DNA from: Dreissena polymorpha
Lineage: Eukaryota
Assembly: GCF_020536995.1 (NCBI RefSeq)
Contig: NC_068355.1
Span: forward strand, 63,216,738 to 63,280,737
DNA: 64,000 nt
Reading direction: 5' to 3'
In this document: one piece after another, positions 62,001 to 64,000 of the stretch
How positions within the stretch are numbered: position 1 is the stretch's first letter
How the letters are laid out: each line of letters begins with the position of its first letter
Position numbers and translations under genes: made by a program
The notes under the pieces: generated by a model
Seen by the model: the letters and a program-made list of their open reading frames with translations, nothing else
What the model was told of the DNA's origin: nothing
Database searches by the model: none

Positions 62001-62340
62001 AATGAGTGTCCCGCTGCAGAGTCCCCGTCTTCTGCGGTTCTAGGAAGGCCGTAAATGACATCAAGAGGCAGACGGACTTCTTGTCCAGTTGCAAGCATGT
62101 TTGGCGACAGACCAGTGCTCTCATGCGGAGTTGTTCGATATGCTCCTGCGATACTTCCTAGATGCAAATCGCATTCGCTCTGTTCATCCGATAAATATGC
62201 GCGAATAATTTTGAGATAAGAACGATTGAATCGCTCAACTTGGCCATTGCCTTTTGGGTTGCGCGGGCTGGTGCGAGTCTTCTTGATCCCGAAGATAGAA
62301 CACATTTTCTGAAATAACTGACTCTCAAATGCTGAACCCT
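59086..62340 (-). mobile_element. Truncated gypsy copy 2 (3' portion only): IN C-terminal fragment 61637-62340, ORF-B2 60731-61256, ORF-A2 59244-59870 (disrupted), interrupted by an ~865-bp insertion at 59874-60738
   Basis: Collinear with 50516-52950 of copy 1. Homology ends abruptly at 62340. Track ORFs 61637..62305, 60999..61256, 60731..60964 and 59244..59654. Confidence 0.65.
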
Positions 62341-62461
62341 GATCTGAATGGATTGCTCAGGACTGTAACTTGTTAGCGCAGAATAGAAGTCCATACAAGT
62401 AAGGCTCAGCCAAGTTATTAAGTTTAATGGGCTCATATTTTTTAATGCAGTAAGTTTTTAT

Positions 62462-62720
62462 GCACCCGGATCGAATGATCGGGTGTATATTGTTTTTGGC
62501 CTGTCTGTCTGTCATTCTGTCCCAAAACTTTAACCTTGGTTAAAGTTTTAGATAACCATTGCAATATTGAAGATAGCAACTTGCTATTTGGCATGCATGT
62601 GTATCTCATGGAGCTGCACATTTTGAGTGGTGAAAGGTCAAGGTCATCCTTCAAGGTCAAAGGTCAAATATATGGCTTCAAAGCGGCGCAATAGGGGCAT
62701 TGTGTTTCTGACAAACACGC
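62462..62720 (-). mobile_element. Helentron/HINE-like element, reverse-complement orientation (single ~165-bp core, (GACA)n, hairpin cacccgatcattcgatccgggtg at 62464-62486)
   Basis: It is the reverse complement of the 14925-15172 architecture. ORF 62442..62660 is spurious. Confidence 0.5.
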
Positions 62721-63599
62721 TAGTACATCTCTTGTTTACACATAAGGTACACATGCGCTAAATCACTTAAATATCAAATACTCACAATATGTTTCACTTA
62801 GTGATGAATTGATTATGAAATATCTGGCAGAGCCTATTTAACAAAGAAATAGTTAGTTTGTACAGCAGTACTACTGTTGTGTATTTTAAGATATATTTTG
62901 CGTTTTCCTATTACTGTTAGTTTTATATATTAAAATACAAATAACTGACCCTTGCTCTTTTGTACTTTCTGACACCAACTCGGACATATTTCAAGATTTT
63001 ACATTTGACTGACCAGTATGAGTTCACACATGATTGTTTGAAGAAGTATGAGATGAATAGCAAATTACATATACCGTAATGTAGTATCTGATTATTCAAA
63101 TTCTATTTAAATTGCAGAACATATAACTATGTGATTGTACCATTTCGAATGGAATAAACATGTTCATGTCAAACTCATTTCCTTTGTTATGAGCCACTTT
63201 TAATCTGTTTGGAAGTCAAAAGGTTTGCTTCATGGATCCTGTAAGAATAACGGGATCGCATTGGCTGGTCGCGTTTGAGCGGCTGGTTAAATCCAAAAAA
63301 AATCTAACTTGGCTTTTCTTTGGACTGCCTGTCCCGCAGCCTTGCGTCTGTATCAAAGTAATGATCATTGAAACAAAAATTTAGTTCATGCATTGTTTAA
63401 CAGTATTAACAGGGTGCAGGTTCAACTGGGTTTACACACGGATTGGACAGAATGAAAAACACCGTTACAAAAGATTACTTTTGCAAATATCTCAAAGTTA
63501 TTAAAATATGTTTCCAAAAATCGTAAGAGCATGAAATACATTGTTCTTAATGTATGTGCCAATATATTAAGATTAAAGAATTATTATTGAATACGTCTG

Positions 63600-64000
63600 A
63601 ACTCGGTACAAAAAATTTCACGATGCGGATCTGACATCTGCATGTGTACCGCCCTGGTTGTCCAGAATGCTGCCGAGATAGGTGAAGCTGTCCACTTTCT
63701 CCAGCGCCTTGCCTTGGGCTATGATGGGTGTGTTGTTGGATGCGTTGGTATTGATCATCTTACTCTTCCCTCTGTTGATGGTGAGGGCCAGTTTAGCTGT
63801 GTTGTCCGATACCATGCTTGTCTTTTTCTGCCTCTTTTGTTGGGTGTGGGAGAGAAAAGCCAGATCATTGGCGCTTCTGCGGGTTTACTGACAGGTCCTT
63901 AATATTAACCGTTAATCAATTGCTTGATTGCAATGCTGATCTCTTCCTCCGTGTTAGTGCAGCACTTGATTAGCAAATCGCTTGTAGCTGACTAAATCTA
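63600..64000 (-). mobile_element. Non-LTR (LINE) retrotransposon RT fragment, C-terminal RT region, running off the window edge
   Basis: ORF 63618..63815(-): KSKMINTNASNNTPIIAQGKALEKVDSFTYLGSILDNQGGTHADVRSAS. This matches the conserved LINE RT C-terminal signature (..E.V..F.YLGS....GG...D...R). Confidence 0.55.

Overview
This window is repeat-dense eukaryotic (metazoan) DNA, not prokaryotic. It contains spliced genes with GT-AG introns, an LTR retrotransposon with gag-pol, a LINE reverse-transcriptase (RT) fragment, tRNA-derived SINE-like repeats, TIR elements and satellites. No CRISPR arrays, rRNA genes or genuine tRNA genes are supported. The repeat landscape resembles bivalve-mollusc genomes: ~170-bp tandem-repeat-bearing elements with a tetranucleotide microsatellite and terminal hairpins, as reported for oyster Helentron-associated satellites. 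This species hint is tentative.

Main content:
(1) An apparently intact six-exon trypsin-like serine protease gene on the minus strand (31405-37864). All splice junctions are phase-consistent and the His/Asp/Ser catalytic triad is present.
(2) A three-exon Crypton-like tyrosine-recombinase (YR) gene (33052-35323, minus strand) nested inside intron 5 of the protease gene in the same orientation. A 170-bp palindromic structure lies nearby.
(3) A tandem pair of Ty3/gypsy LTR retrotransposons on the minus strand (49151-62340). Copy 1 has a degenerate gag-PR-RT-RNaseH-IN. Both copies carry two extra ORFs between integrase and the 3' LTR: a C2H2-like zinc-finger ORF and a coiled-coil ORF.
(4) A ~7.9-kb composite repeat insertion (38601-46488) that splits a tRNA-derived SINE-like element. 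It carries a C2H2 zinc-finger ORF, nested direct repeats, internal tandem repeats and a GC/CpG-rich core.
(5) A 1.6-kb satellite of 36-bp units with 44/57-bp variants.
(6) Four Helentron-like tandem-repeat elements.
(7) A 2.9-kb non-autonomous TIR element, two MITE-like palindromic elements, a RecQ-like helicase first exon and a LINE RT fragment at the window end.

Most long ORFs in the supplied track are translation artefacts of tandem repeats. The track also labels GTG/TTG starts as M.
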